Part shown: one piece after another, positions 1 to 12,314 of the stretch
Layout: each line of letters opens with the position of its first letter
Position numbering within the stretch: position 1 is the stretch's first letter
Assembly (NCBI GenBank): GCA_038496445.1
Contig: JALMLS010000593.1
Location: 1-64,000 of the forward strand
Direction: 5' to 3'
From: Trichosphaerium sp. ATCC 40318
Taxonomy: Eukaryota > Protista > Tubulinea
Length of the DNA stretch: 64,000 nt
Program-made: the position numbers and the translations under genes
The notes under the pieces: generated by a model
The model's database searches: none
Told to the model about the DNA's origin: nothing
What the model saw: only the letters and a program-made list of their open reading frames with translations

Positions 1-1196
1 AAACAAGAGAAAAAATTAAATTAAAAAAAGACAACCACGCACTCTGCTACGTCTTCCAGGTGAAGTAGGAGCACTACATACTGCTCTTGGTGGTGGTACA
101 GAAAATCCTGGTGGTCCCTTTGTGCTCACAAAGAAGCTACTATGCGTCAGCACGCTCAGGTACAAAAAATGAGGTAAAAAAATCTTTTCTTTTGAAGCGA
201 TCAAAAAACCAAAGATAAGGCTCACCTCGAGTTATAGACAGACGCTATCTTAGTTGACAAAGTTGCTATAGGTGAGGTTAGAATACTGGCTCAATGCAGC
301 GTTGTTTTCTAGTGATACAAAGCTATAATCAAGACTTTAAACCGAAACATACCGTCTGACTGGTTCAAGTTTGTAATACGTGAGTTTGTGTTGGCGAACA
401 GTACGCGAAGATTACCTAGTACTTGAGGGTCCATTTGGAGGCCCTAGAAAAGACAGTCAGTTCAAGTATTTCCAAAAGTATGATTGACCACCAAATAATA
501 ACCCAAGAGCGATGAATAAGCGTTAAAACGCTTCTTTGTCAATATTTGAAAACTAAATTGCATGCTCGAATTGGTTCCAACACCCAACCAAACACCAACC
601 GTTTTACAGTGCAACGTTGCATTTTTCGGGTAATTGTAGCAAAAAAAAAGAAAAGGGAAAGATAAACTACCCACAAACTCATTTTTAGCTCTGACGTACA
701 TCTAAAGTATCACGAGCCACCAGGGCGGATGTTCGGTCGCTATAGACTACGAACGCGGCAGGCTAGGCAAAAAACAGTGAGACCTTTAATTGTTGAAAGT
801 TGGAATAAAAAGCGCAAAAAAATCAAAAAACAAACAAAAAACCTCTTGGCAAAACATGAAATGGGCCATTGGTGCGCTACACGTGCGAAATTACGCGTTT
901 CAGCACAAAAACAAGGGCAACCACCCATCTAGGTTAGTGTGCAAATAAAAATCTAGTTTTTACACTTCCGTGGCCGCCTCGAGGTTCGAAGGGCGCCTAA
1001 TATAGGTACGTACTTGTTTGCCCTCCTTCAGCGAGCACCCTTGATAGCCCGGGTACACCCTGAAGAGATTATGCACCTCGCGCTCTTTTACGTCAGCAGG
1101 GAGGCCTGATACGAATAACGTTCGTATTTCTTCCACTGTTTCAATATTTAGTGATGGAAGGGATGAAGCATCTTGAGAGAGTGGAATAGTATCCAT
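1..1196 (-). CDS. RRM RNA-binding protein, RBPMS/NSR-like (3' end runs off the window or is unresolved)
   Basis: Exons read [23 protein letters not shown] (1196-1013), [21 protein letters not shown] (~760-700) and [21 protein letters not shown] (~445-355). This matches the RBPMS-type RRM, and the exons are joined by GT-AG introns. Confidence 0.8.
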
Positions 1197-1764
1197 AACT
1201 GCCTTTCACTGTTCGTTATGTGTGGGTGTTACGTGTTTTGGGGTGCTGTATTTGATTCAAGGCTTAATACCCAAAAAACCGAAAAAACTCTGCAACCTTA
1301 ACCTCGCCAGCAGTTCCAAAGGGGCACGCTCATTAAAAAAATAGCCAATCTAGTGATCATTGGCTTATTAAGCTGTATTTACCCTCAACAACTTATTTTT
1401 AGTTAACCAACCATAAACGCCATGCTTCATACTTGAGTCAAGTTCAAGCATGTAGTAACAGCTCTGAATTTTCACGTACAAATTAAAAACAAACAAAACA
1501 CTAAGAGAAAACTGCGCAACCATACTAGTTCGAGACGTCAAAGTGATTGTTTACCATGCTTCACTTTGATACTGAAAACTGTAACTGGTTTAACTTCCGA
1601 ACAACTGTTTAAAACCTACTTGACCTGAATTCCATTCGCAACAGACTAATAGACATTGCAAAATTGCGATCACGTGTCGCTATTCGCGTCACAATTTGAA
1701 TTAACTAATGCCCCAATGTGATTTATTGAACTTGTGCAAGAATTTCTATTTCTATAATCGCAGG

Positions 1765-2202
1765 CCTATAAAAGGTAATTCGTAATGACATATCTGCAAA
1801 GTAGCGTTTTTGAGTCGCGTGACAAACGTAGTAGCGTATAAAAGAAACCAAAGACACTTATTTCTTACAGTGAACAAAAATGGAAGAGGTACAGCAAAAA
1901 CGCCTATTATGTTCGATCATTTTCATATTGTGCGTTAACGCTCCTATATCGGGACATAGTACCAAGTCACATCAGAGGGAGGGAAGTACTTATTGGATCG
2001 GAACAACACCAAAAAAATTCAATAAGGCAAGCAATTTAACTAATTTGGCAGTACAGTAAAAAGCAGTACTGTTGCACCCAGGCACTGTTATCTTTTGGTA
2101 TTTTGTGGTGAAGAAGACTTTTTTGGACGCCGTAATTTCTTTTGTGAGAATAAATAAACAATTTACACATAAAGCAAAAATTCACTCCCTTTAAAAGGTA
2201 AT
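1765..2202. promoter_or_regulatory. repeated CArG-like element upstream of the MADS-box gene
   Basis: CCTATAAAAGGTAAT (1765-1779) and CCTTTAAAAGGTAAT (2188-2202). Confidence 0.4.
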
Positions 2203-2311
2203 GACGTCGGATATTGGGAATCACACCCCCTAAATCAATTCAATCACTTATATCTTGTCGGAAACACCAGGAAACTAACAATTTGGTTTTAGATAACGAA
2301 AAAAAAATATA

Positions 2312-3882
2312 ATGGACGGACACACTAAAGTAGACGATGGTGCGTTGGAACTATTGGTATTTGCATTTACACTTGCACGCGATGCGATTTGTTTTTTTGA
2401 GCTTAGAACGAAGCTGAAGCGAAAATAAGCATAACCGGTTAACATTACTTTCCGTTTCCAGTATAACGGTGTATGCAAGGAAAAACGTAGTTGGCGCTAA
2501 GAACTTGCTGTGCCCTTTTTTGATTTTCTCGTTTTCTCCTGTTACTTTTGCGTATTTCTTTGTCCCTGGGGCTGTTTCATTGGCGCTTGATACCTGACAT
2601 AAGTTTTGATGTAGGTACAAAGAAGAAAAAGGGCAGGAGGAAGATAGAGATAGCCTTCATAGAAGAGAAATCGAGACGCCATATCACTTTTTCAAAGCGT
2701 AAGGCTGGAATAATGAAAAAGGTAAGGTTTTGGTTTCGAAGCGTTTTAAAAACCGCGCGGGGTTTACGAAGTAAACTAAAGCAAGCTACCCAAGATATTA
2801 TTATATTGAAAAGCCGCCATTCAGAAAAGTTACTAGAGCGTCTTTTTTTTTTTTTTATATTTGTCTATGTACACTTTCGCGTGGGCAGTTCACAAGCTAA
2901 AACGAACTGTGCCTGGCTATAAAGGCTTGTAGTACATATCGAACGCACCAATTTTCTAAATACTCCTCCTTTTGCTTTTATTTGAAGCAGATGCGGACAA
3001 ACTTTCCTTTTGCTCACTCTTTTGGCTTTTAAACTGCTTCTTATTTTAGTAGTGACGTTGTACTAATTACCTAAAAGGCTTACGAGCTCGCAACCCTCAC
3101 CGGAACTCAAGTATTGCTTCTCGTCGCATCAGAAACCGGACACGTTTACACCTTCGCTACACCCAAACTACAGCCTCTGATCACCAAACCAGAGGGAAAG
3201 AATTTAATACAGGCCTGTTTGAACGCTCCAGACGCTCCAGCAGTGAATCCAGTCGGAACTGGTATGCCAAGTGCTGCCGATAATTCCTTGGCTCGTCAGA
3301 TGCCTTCCCCTGCTCAGTCGCGTGGCTCTGTCCCATTGGGTTCCAACTACCAACAACACGCGGCTGGAGATGACCTATACACTCCACCTATAGAAGGTAC
3401 GCGCCAAGGAGGCGCTAGAGTAAAGACAGAATCGGTACGCTAAACTTGACATGTTTTACTTTATTGTTTTTTTGGTTTGTTTTTTGTACAACTTGGTATC
3501 AGCCCTTTGCTAATCTATGTACGTAGAAGGATGTTAAACCAAGTCATTTACCTCATCCAAACATGCTACCAGCCATGCCACGAGGTACGTTGATATGTTT
3601 TTTGGCGCGTGTTTTTTTATTGACTTTTTTGTATTAGGACAAGGTTTGCAATACCCAAGGATGCCTGGTATAGCTCCATTCCCAGGACAAGCTCCAGGTT
3701 ATCCTAGCTACCCACCAGGACAAGGCATGCCTCCAGCGTTCCTGGGTAGCCAAGGAGGTATGATGTTTGCACAAAACGGAGCAGCTCCTGCTTACAAGGT
3801 ACCCAAACACTTACTGTTGGCTCAACTGACCCGTCCGTCATAGAATGAAGTTCACTCAGCTTTCCAAAGCAGCAAACACTGA
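2312..3882 (+). CDS. srf: SRF/MCM1-type MADS-box transcription factor
   Basis: GRRKIEIAFIEEKSRRHITFSKRKAGIMKK|AYELATLTGTQVLLLVASETGHVYTFATPKLQP is the SRF-type MADS+SAM domain. It has a P/G/Q-rich tail and ~6 exons. Confidence 0.93.
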
Positions 3883-4135
3883 GGATTTCTCACTATGTAC
3901 AAAAAAAATAACCCATTTTAAAACGTGTGGAGTTGAAAAAAAATAAAGACTATCCACCTCAACTCTTTGTGTATTTCGATCAAAAATAGTGATTTTAAAT
4001 TGATTTTCGTTCACCTACATTGTTGTAGTATTGTTAGATGAAAATACTAAGGATAAGTTACATATGTCATAATTCTTCTTTTTTTTTTATACACTCTTGG
4101 GTTGTACACGACGCACTTAGCAAATCAGGGCCAAG

Positions 4136-5968
4136 TTAGTTTCTAGCAGCGTTCAGTGCAGCAACAGTGTCATCTCCAACAGCACCCCTTTTGGTTAAAA
4201 GCGTTAGTTGTCATTTTTTGTCACGTGATATTTGGAATAAAAACAACTATTGTACCTATCTTCTTTGAGTTCTTTTACATAATTTTCCATTTTGCCAGCA
4301 ATGTTTAGCGGTTTGTCAGATACGTCAGCAGTCTATTTAAGTCATTAATAATAAAACCAAGGTACACCTTGGTAGAAGACGTACCAGCCAACCGTGCTTC
4401 ATTGCCTGTTCAGCTGTCATACGGTCACTTGGATCTCTAACGAGTAATTTACTGATAAAGTCCTTTGCAGCTTCGGATATCTCTTGCCAACATCTAATAG
4501 ACGAACAATTAATTAAACCGTTTCCAACGAACAACATGAAAATATTAAAACAGTTCCTACAATAACTACACGTACTCATCATCGTAATCAAAGTCTACAG
4601 CAATAATTTTGTCAAACAATTGAACATCATCTTCAGCATAGAATGGTGGCTAGTACTAACATTAGTTTACTTTCATCTACAAAAGAATTTTTTGTAAAAT
4701 AGAACTTACATAACCAGCGAGCCTAAATAGGAATTAGAATGATTGTTTTTAAAAAAAAACAAAGACCACACGTACAGTACGTATGTGATGATTCCAATAC
4801 CCCATAAGTCCACCTGTTTTGTGTAGCCATCGGAAGTGATTACTTCAGGTGCGACGTATCCAGGCGTTCCACAAGATGTTCTAAGATCCTCTTCGTCGAA
4901 TATTTTCGACAGGCCGAAATCAGCTAGTTTTACGACTTCTGTGTCTCCAGAGCCAGAACACAAAAGATTCTCAGGCCTTGAGTGCAAAGAGTTAGCTCTG
5001 TATATATATATATTTTTTATCGCCGTCAGGTACGCACTTGAGATCTCTGTGCGCTATGCCGTTGTCGTGTAAATATTTTACCGCCTAGAAAGGGCTTTAA
5101 GCAAAAACGCAGTAAAAAATAAGCAACAGATTATTGTAAAACAATCACGTGATTAGCGTATTTGGCGCGTTTCTTGAAAAGAAGATGATAATAAGTACCT
5201 CTAATAGCTGTTTTATTATAACGACAGCGTTCTTTTCAGAGTAGTACCCTCTGTCAACGATACGATCGAATAATTCATCACCGTCGATCCTTTTGAACAA
5301 ACCGTCAATGAGTTTTTTTTTTCACATCAAACAAAAAAAAAACGCAAAAAAAAAAGGCGTACAATTCCATGACGATGTACACGGTGGTGTCGGATTCATA
5401 AATTTCGTGAAGCTTCAATATATTCTTGTGTTCCACGCGTTTCATAATATCAACTTCTCGTTTAAGTAACTTAATATCATCCACGATAGCCTAAGAACAG
5501 TAAGAATACCACCAGCATTTGTTCAAAAAAAAAAAAAAAAAAAGAAAAATTAATCCTGAGACTGTAGCATCCACCACTTTTCACAGGCTACCAAAAATAG
5601 ATTGCTCACTTGTTTATCGATAACTTTAACAGCAAAATCTTGCTTTGTCTTCTTGTTGGTGGCCTTTCGCACTGTCGAAAAACCGCCTCTTAATAACAAG
5701 TTAATGACGAGGTAAAAAACATAAAATCGCACGTGGTCTATAAACTGTTTTGAGGGAAAAATAAGTAAATAAGACCCCGACGTATCGTATTTAGCATTAG
5801 GCGAAAAGAAAAGAAAAAAAAAACCCATACAGTAGGAGAAAAACTGCAAAAAGCATTTGAAACTTTGCCCAAATGATAAATAATAATAAATCAAAAAAAA
5901 CAAACGTACCGGCCAATCTCTGGTCCAATATCATAATCTTGTTCTATCGGATAGTCGATCGCTGACAT
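4136..5968 (-). CDS. CaMK1/MLCK-A-like Ser/Thr kinase
   Basis: YDIGPEIGRGGFSTV, FAVKVIDK, HRDLKPENLL, DFGLSKIF, TSCGTPGYVAPEV and PPFYAEDD motifs across ~12 exons. Confidence 0.92.
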
Positions 5969-6075
5969 AAAAGCTAGCACTTATTATTGTCATTGCCATG
6001 ACCTTTTTTACATTGTATTTGATATGGGAGTGGGATAGAGCCGGAGGTCTCAAAAATGAAATTTACAAATAATTT

Positions 6076-6115
6076 TAACCAGCTGGTTACTCTTGAAGGT
6101 ACCCCACGTGGGGTA
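6076..6115. promoter_or_regulatory. two perfect palindromes centred on E-boxes
   Basis: TAACCAGCTGGTTA (6076-6089) and TACCCCACGTGGGGTA (6100-6115), 110-150 bp upstream of the kinase ATG at 5968. Confidence 0.5.
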
Positions 6116-7116
6116 TTATCAAAATAACGAGCCGGTACTCTTTTTTGGGCAAATCCAAGTTAAAATGGAAGTGCGTGGAGGTATGGTAGTACTTATTAGG
6201 GTGGTTTTGAGGCGCAGCACAGAGACTGGTACAAAAATACTTTTTAAATCAATTTAAAGTGTTGAAACCACCCCAAAGTGTATTACAAAACGTGTTGGTT
6301 GTTTTGCTTCAAAAAAAATACTTTTTTAAATATTGTTCTTTTGAAGGGTGATTCGCACTCTTTTTGTTTCCTCCGCTAGCACCGCCACCTGATGGCTCCG
6401 CTGCTTGCTCGACTGGCGCAGCTCCGGTTGAAGGACTTGGAGCGGCGGCTGGCTTTTTTTTACTTCCTGTACAGCCCATCGCAGTAGTTTTCAAAAAAAC
6501 TGGCCGGCAATTTGTGTGATTTTAAAATCCACCAGAAATGATTCTGACCAGATGTGTGAAGATAATAGTACTGATACCACTCGTTGTGGTGGTTACCGTG
6601 CTGCTATGTTTACCTATTTGCTTATGACGCCATCAACCCAAGGAGAAATGAGGGGACAGAACGCAAATGATACCCGAAGAAAAAAAAAGATTGCAGTCGC
6701 TCAAACTGGGTGTTGGCAGTTTTCCTTTGGTTTTACCGGCGACGAGGTTTGGTACAGTATGTTTGTGAATAATTGTGACTTTGCACAGTATCGTAGAGGG
6801 CACGTGACCCAACCAGATCCCTAGTGCTCATAATTTAGTTCGCCCGCATTCAGTACGCTTAATACTACAAACGAGATGGCGAAAAAAGTGGTGTAGTTTA
6901 AAAGTATCACGTGATAGGTAAGAAAAACCTTAAAACGGTTTTCTGGAATTGCAAACACCTAGTACCACGCAGTATAATATAAATGTACCACAGTAATTTT
7001 TGTAAATTTGGTACACGTTGTACAACGTCCAAAATAGATCTCGTGTTTTTAATGTTTTCTTTAAATAGATAAGTACATTAGGTAACTATTTGCTACCGCT
7101 TGATGTACAGTGCTAA

Positions 7117-8154
7117 TCATACTTTTTTGGACTGTACTTGTCCTTCTAAATCATCCTCTTCATCGTCACTATCCTGGCCGGAACCCCATTTTACATCTTT
7201 TCCTGCTTTCAAGTAGTCTATCCATGTCTACATCAAGCTTAAATAAAAGAAAACAAAGGAAAAGCAAAGAATAGTATAAAATGGCATTGTAGCTATCAAT
7301 AGTCTACAGATTGCGTACTCTGACTGTACCGCTCTTCTTAGAGAGCGGATCTTTGGAACCAGGTGTGATACCGACTACGTAGTAGTCTAAAGTGCCATTA
7401 AACTTTGACACATCAAAATTTCCATCCTCTAATTTGAAATATGAGTATTGGCGTATGGGTGTGTTAACATTGTACCATCTGGTAGTACAGCGTCAGCCTC
7501 ACTACTTGAAAGGTATTGGACGCGTATAAAACAATCAGAGTAGTTCTCCTTTAAGTACGCCATTGTGATAGCTCCAATTGCAATCTCCTCTTGTTTTGGT
7601 TCTTTTAGTGTACCTAGTGGACGTCAATGAGTTAAATGATGGACACCATGCAACGCAACGTTCGTAGCAAGCTTCACGAGAACAATCACGAAAATGGTAA
7701 TTTATGCAAATTTTTGTTAATTGTACCTAGCTCAACTATGGTCTCAGCTGTACATACTTTGCTTTTCTTTTGCTTAGAACGTTTCTTTTTGGAATCTACG
7801 CCAATTTTTTCTTTTTTTTGTCTTTTTTGTGCTTCTTTTTCTTACTTTCTAACGGACTGTATTAGTATGGTATTGCCTCTATCAGTGCTATGCCTTTCTC
7901 CTTGGGCTTCTCCTATGTTGTCAGTTAGTCAAGAAGACAAGCAAATCAAACAAAATAGCCGTGAGTAGTTGCAAACACGCACCTCCTCTTCTTCGCTGTC
8001 GTCAATAGATACAGGCTTGTCCTACACGAAATTGTTACCCAATAGTTCTCAATACGCTAGTAATAGCTGTTTTGTGTCTAACACGCGTAATTACCTCGTT
8101 TTCTACGTCTCGTTGTGTTTTTATTGCTGCACCTGATTCTTCGTCCGACGACAT
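7117..8154 (-). CDS. hypothetical acidic/lysine-rich protein
   Basis: Spliceable exons: MSSDEESGAAIK..., a K/R-rich segment, RWYNVNTPIRQYSYFKLEDGNFDV and TWIDYLKAGKDVKWGSG...SDDEEDD. No family recognised. Confidence 0.6.
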
Positions 8155-8401
8155 CTATATTTGTGAGTTTTCAGCGTATGTAGCTTAATTATGTACTTTG
8201 GGTAATGTATTTGGTAAACTGTCATATTCGCACTTAGAAGCAAGCTAGGACAGACTTAACAAAGTCACTTGCAAAAACAAATTGTAAAACCGATACTATG
8301 TACGTGATACTATCGTATGTGTTATTCAAATATGAGGTTGTGGTATTTTACAATTATGTACAAGAGCTTAAAAAAAAGCAGAAAGGCAAAAAAAAGGTAC
8401 G

Positions 8402-10227
8402 TCACGTGTCTCGAATTACAGAGCCATGAAGTACACTCGTTTTAGCGTATTGTTGCTCACTTCTTTTGTAACGTGTGCGTTTTTCTACGTAAGCTATCTG
8501 GTAAACACCCTACGAAAAGAACCAAGTCAGAGAAGGCGCCTTGTAAAAAAAAGAAAAAAACAAAAAAGCAGTTCCTACCCTTGTGAACGTTTTTAACATT
8601 TTACGGACTGACGCTAGATTATTATTTTGAATACGCTTCTTCAATGCTGTGCCATCATGCGCAGGGTCAAATATGAGTAAGGAAATTTTACCTCCTCGCT
8701 TCTCTGCACCAATAATAGTCCTGGAGTGACCTTCAGAAAAAAATAAATTAGCAAAGTTTTAGCTGACTTTAGCACACGACGGCAGGTACCTTGGTGCTGC
8801 AAGTATAGAGGTGGTACAAAAGTTTTACCATACTCCTTCTCTTTCTTGACAAAGTATTCCCATACCCAGTTCACAAGCGACTTGTTGGGGAAGTGAGTTG
8901 GTTTGAATTTATCACCATATTTACGAGAGTTGTTACTACTTTTATGAGAAACAAAAGACGTCATTGACGTTTGTTGTGGTTTTTTCTTGGAGTGAACGTC
9001 CAAAATCGAGATTCTGTTAGAAAAAACTGTAAGGTCACAGAGTTTTATTGACAAAAACTGGTTAATACCGTACCGCACACCAAAACTACGGAGCAATGCT
9101 GAACATTCTGTTGTACCAATCCACTTTCGGGTATCGTAAACTGTACCAAGTTTTGTTGCTTCTCCCTTGTCATAACCTGATTTCCAAGCACGCTCAAGCC
9201 ACTCTGTACAAAACAAATCAGTTGTCACAACTAATCACATCAGATAATAGTATCGCGTACCTTGCAGGCAAGGAATGGTTGGAACATATCCGCTATCAGA
9301 GAATAGTGAGCGTCTGTGTTCTGGGAATTGCATGAGGTAACTACACAACATCTATTTGACACAATTAGAACTGACGCTGCCCTGGGATGTTGCAGGTGTA
9401 ACGTACTTGTATATTACGGTATCCACAACCCCAACCGGAATCTCCAGGATCATTGGCGAAATGATCTAACAGATATTGGATTGAGAGTGAATGACAATAA
9501 ACAAGTACCTGTTCCACTACATATAAAATACTTTTGTACTCCACGTGCCCTCTTTGTGTAGTACTCGACTAGCGCGTGAGTGACTCCTACAAACAGAGTC
9601 AATGTTAACGCGTTCAATATTGAAATTTTGCAAAGCAAAGTATTACCACAAGTGCGAGAGAGTGTGTCAGGACCACGAATACTTTCACGCACAACACTGA
9701 CCATTGTGTCTTTCTGTTCACGTGTCATTCGCTTTTTGTAAACTTGGTAGTTTAGACTACGTTCATACTGTGCTATATAACCACCAGAGTGCCGGCCGTG
9801 ATTGGAGGTGCTCTGTTGATATGGAGTAAGAACAAAAGTATGCCAGGAAAAGAAGTAAAAGCATAACAGCATTACAAGAAAATTACCTTGTGACTCGTAT
9901 TTTGTGACTTTTCGATATCAGAGAGCCTGTGAAGAGATATATGCTCATCCAGCAATGCCATAGAGCTGAAAGTACAACGACACGATTGAATTGGGCATAC
10001 TTTAAAAAAAAATTAGTATTGGGCGGTTTAATGGTATTAATACGCTAATTGGTAGGAAGACAACGCGTACCAAATGATGCTGAACGATTGCATGTATTTG
10101 GGAAAGAGGAATGTGTTTTTTGCCGTTTTGACGCTGGCAAGCGGAAGCCACACGCGTCACAACACGTCGTACTGCTTTCATTTATCAGCGTACATGTAGG
10201 GCAACTCCAGCGCCGTTTTTCGCTCAT
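8402..10227 (-). CDS. ZUP1: ZUP1/ZUFSP-type deubiquitinase (peptidase C78) with N-terminal NZF/RanBP2 zinc finger
   Basis: WSCPTCTLIN...CDACG zinc finger, catalytic DSGWGCGYRNIQ, WIGTTEC, PPLYLQHQGHSRTIIG and LIFDP. Confidence 0.88.
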
Positions 10228-10743
10228 CTATGGCCTGGCGCTGAGTCTAGGTATTGATGTACAGTCACGCGGGTTTTTTATGAATAAATGGCGGAAAATA
10301 ACGGTATTTTCTTCGCGTAAGCACAAGGACTTGTACCTAAAACAGTAAAAAAAATAAACATGCTCCTTTTATTTTCACGTGTGTCTTATATCGTGAGTCA
10401 CAGTACTAACGTACGCTGAGAAAGTCAGCTTTGATTTATGTCACCTGTACAGATCACATGTGATTGTACCCTTTTACTCATAACCTAAAAAGAGTTCACA
10501 GGCTTTGCGAGTATCCACCTAAAAAATTGTACGCGTCTCGCGCGTCCAAGTCGTTTTTTTTTTCCGCTTTTTTTTTTTGTTAAGGTCCGCCTTCGTTGTT
10601 ATGTCTTAGAAAACTCACCAAAACACAACAAGTAATAAACAACCAATTGGTACGTAAATACATTGCTTTCTTTGAGATTATTTTCATTTAAAGCGTAATT
10701 GTAACAATTAGACACAATATCCCTCGAATAAAACGCCTATACC

Positions 10744-12113
10744 ATGCAGAAGCAGCGTAAGAGAAAACGTACGTCATTTGGTGACTTTATAAAGTGGAAT
10801 TCTACAATACGGCCCCATACTGTTGCCTACAGTGCTCACGAGTATGGGGTATTAAAATTTTGTATTAAATTTAAGAAAAAACAAGTACAAAGATTGTTTG
10901 GGGCTACGAAAGTAAAAAAAAAATGTTAACATAACTCGGGTTAGGAACCCAACCTTTTCTCGTTACAGAAGACGTAGGCAATGATCAACATATCGTAGAC
11001 GCGATTCGTGAGAAAGGTGAGCAAGAGACCCCTCTTATGAACTTACGCATACCAAAACAGCTTTTTTTTATACCTGCACCTTAAAACACGAACCGCTACC
11101 TCTTTTTAATGCTGTATTTTTTTCGTTGTCGGTTCTTTTTTTCCGCGGCTTACCCACTGCAACCTAGTCCGCCTGCCTGCCTCTAAGACCCCAATTATCG
11201 ATGCTACTGCAATGCTTGTAACAATGGAGCTCTCCTCACATCTGGCATCGGATGTGGGCACTTCTATTGTAGTTACGCACTGGGATAACTTTTTAAAGTA
11301 TCTTCGTCTATTTTGTACCAAGCAAAGACAGACAGCGAGTGACGACTCAAGAGTAAAAGTACATAAACTTTTTTGCTTTTCTCTCCCATTTACTTATTTT
11401 TAAAACAAGGCTCTTGGTCGCTGGTTCTCTGGTATTCCTTATAAGAAGCAGCGCCGCAACGTTACAAGCATAACTATGCACGTGAAGGTACGTTGACGTT
11501 TATTTTTTGTGTTGGGTTTTTTTGAGTCCCCAAGGTGAAAGTTCTGGTTTATTTTTGGTTAACCTTGTGGATAGGACAGTCACAAGAAAAAATGGCTCGC
11601 TGCTCTTCAAAGAGTTGACGCGTATATCAAGGCGTCTGATGTAATGAGAGAGATAGAGAACAGGTCTGAAGTACCTCGCTTAGAATTTAGTCCACCACGG
11701 GAGTGTACTACTCTTTGTTCCGACGTTGAACATGCCAGAGTCCCAGGCATGCTTCGAGACACTTTTAAGAGCGAAATGGATCAGGACCTACCTTACTTCC
11801 AGTACCACCACGACCAATCGTATCTGGAAAACACCAAGCGACAGCGTGATGCACTTATAGGGGATGTACCGCGAGCAATGTTTTATATACCTACACAACA
11901 AAGATCACAACAGTTTTCCAGCATGAGACAGGTTAGTGTTTGAAATTTTCCATTATTTTGTTTAAACGTCGCTTCACCCACCATGACCTACTAAATTTGT
12001 TATAGGCTGAATCGTTTGACTATTTCAATTACGACTACAAAGGTTTAGAACATCCACCGCCTGCGGTAAATGCTCCCTCATATACGGACCAATGGTGGGA
12101 GCATAAGTTGTAA
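10744..12113 (+). CDS. hypothetical protein with basic NLS-like N-terminus
   Basis: MQKQRKRKR start with spliceable exons (…WDNFLKYLRLFCTKQRQ…ALGRWFSGIPYKKQRR…) ending WWEHKL*. No family recognised. Confidence 0.6.
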
Positions 12114-12314
12114 CCAAGAGTCCATTGTACTGTTAATCCTGTAAATACTAATTACCATCTCTATATTTTAAAACTTTGACTTCTTTGAAATCACGTGATA
12201 TAAGAACATTACCCTTTCACTGTTATAGTGTATTTGTACCTTTCTTTCGAGAGAAAAAAGGCCTGATCAATCCAGATTTTTTAGTTCATTTTTTATTATG
12301 ATTACAGCGTAATT

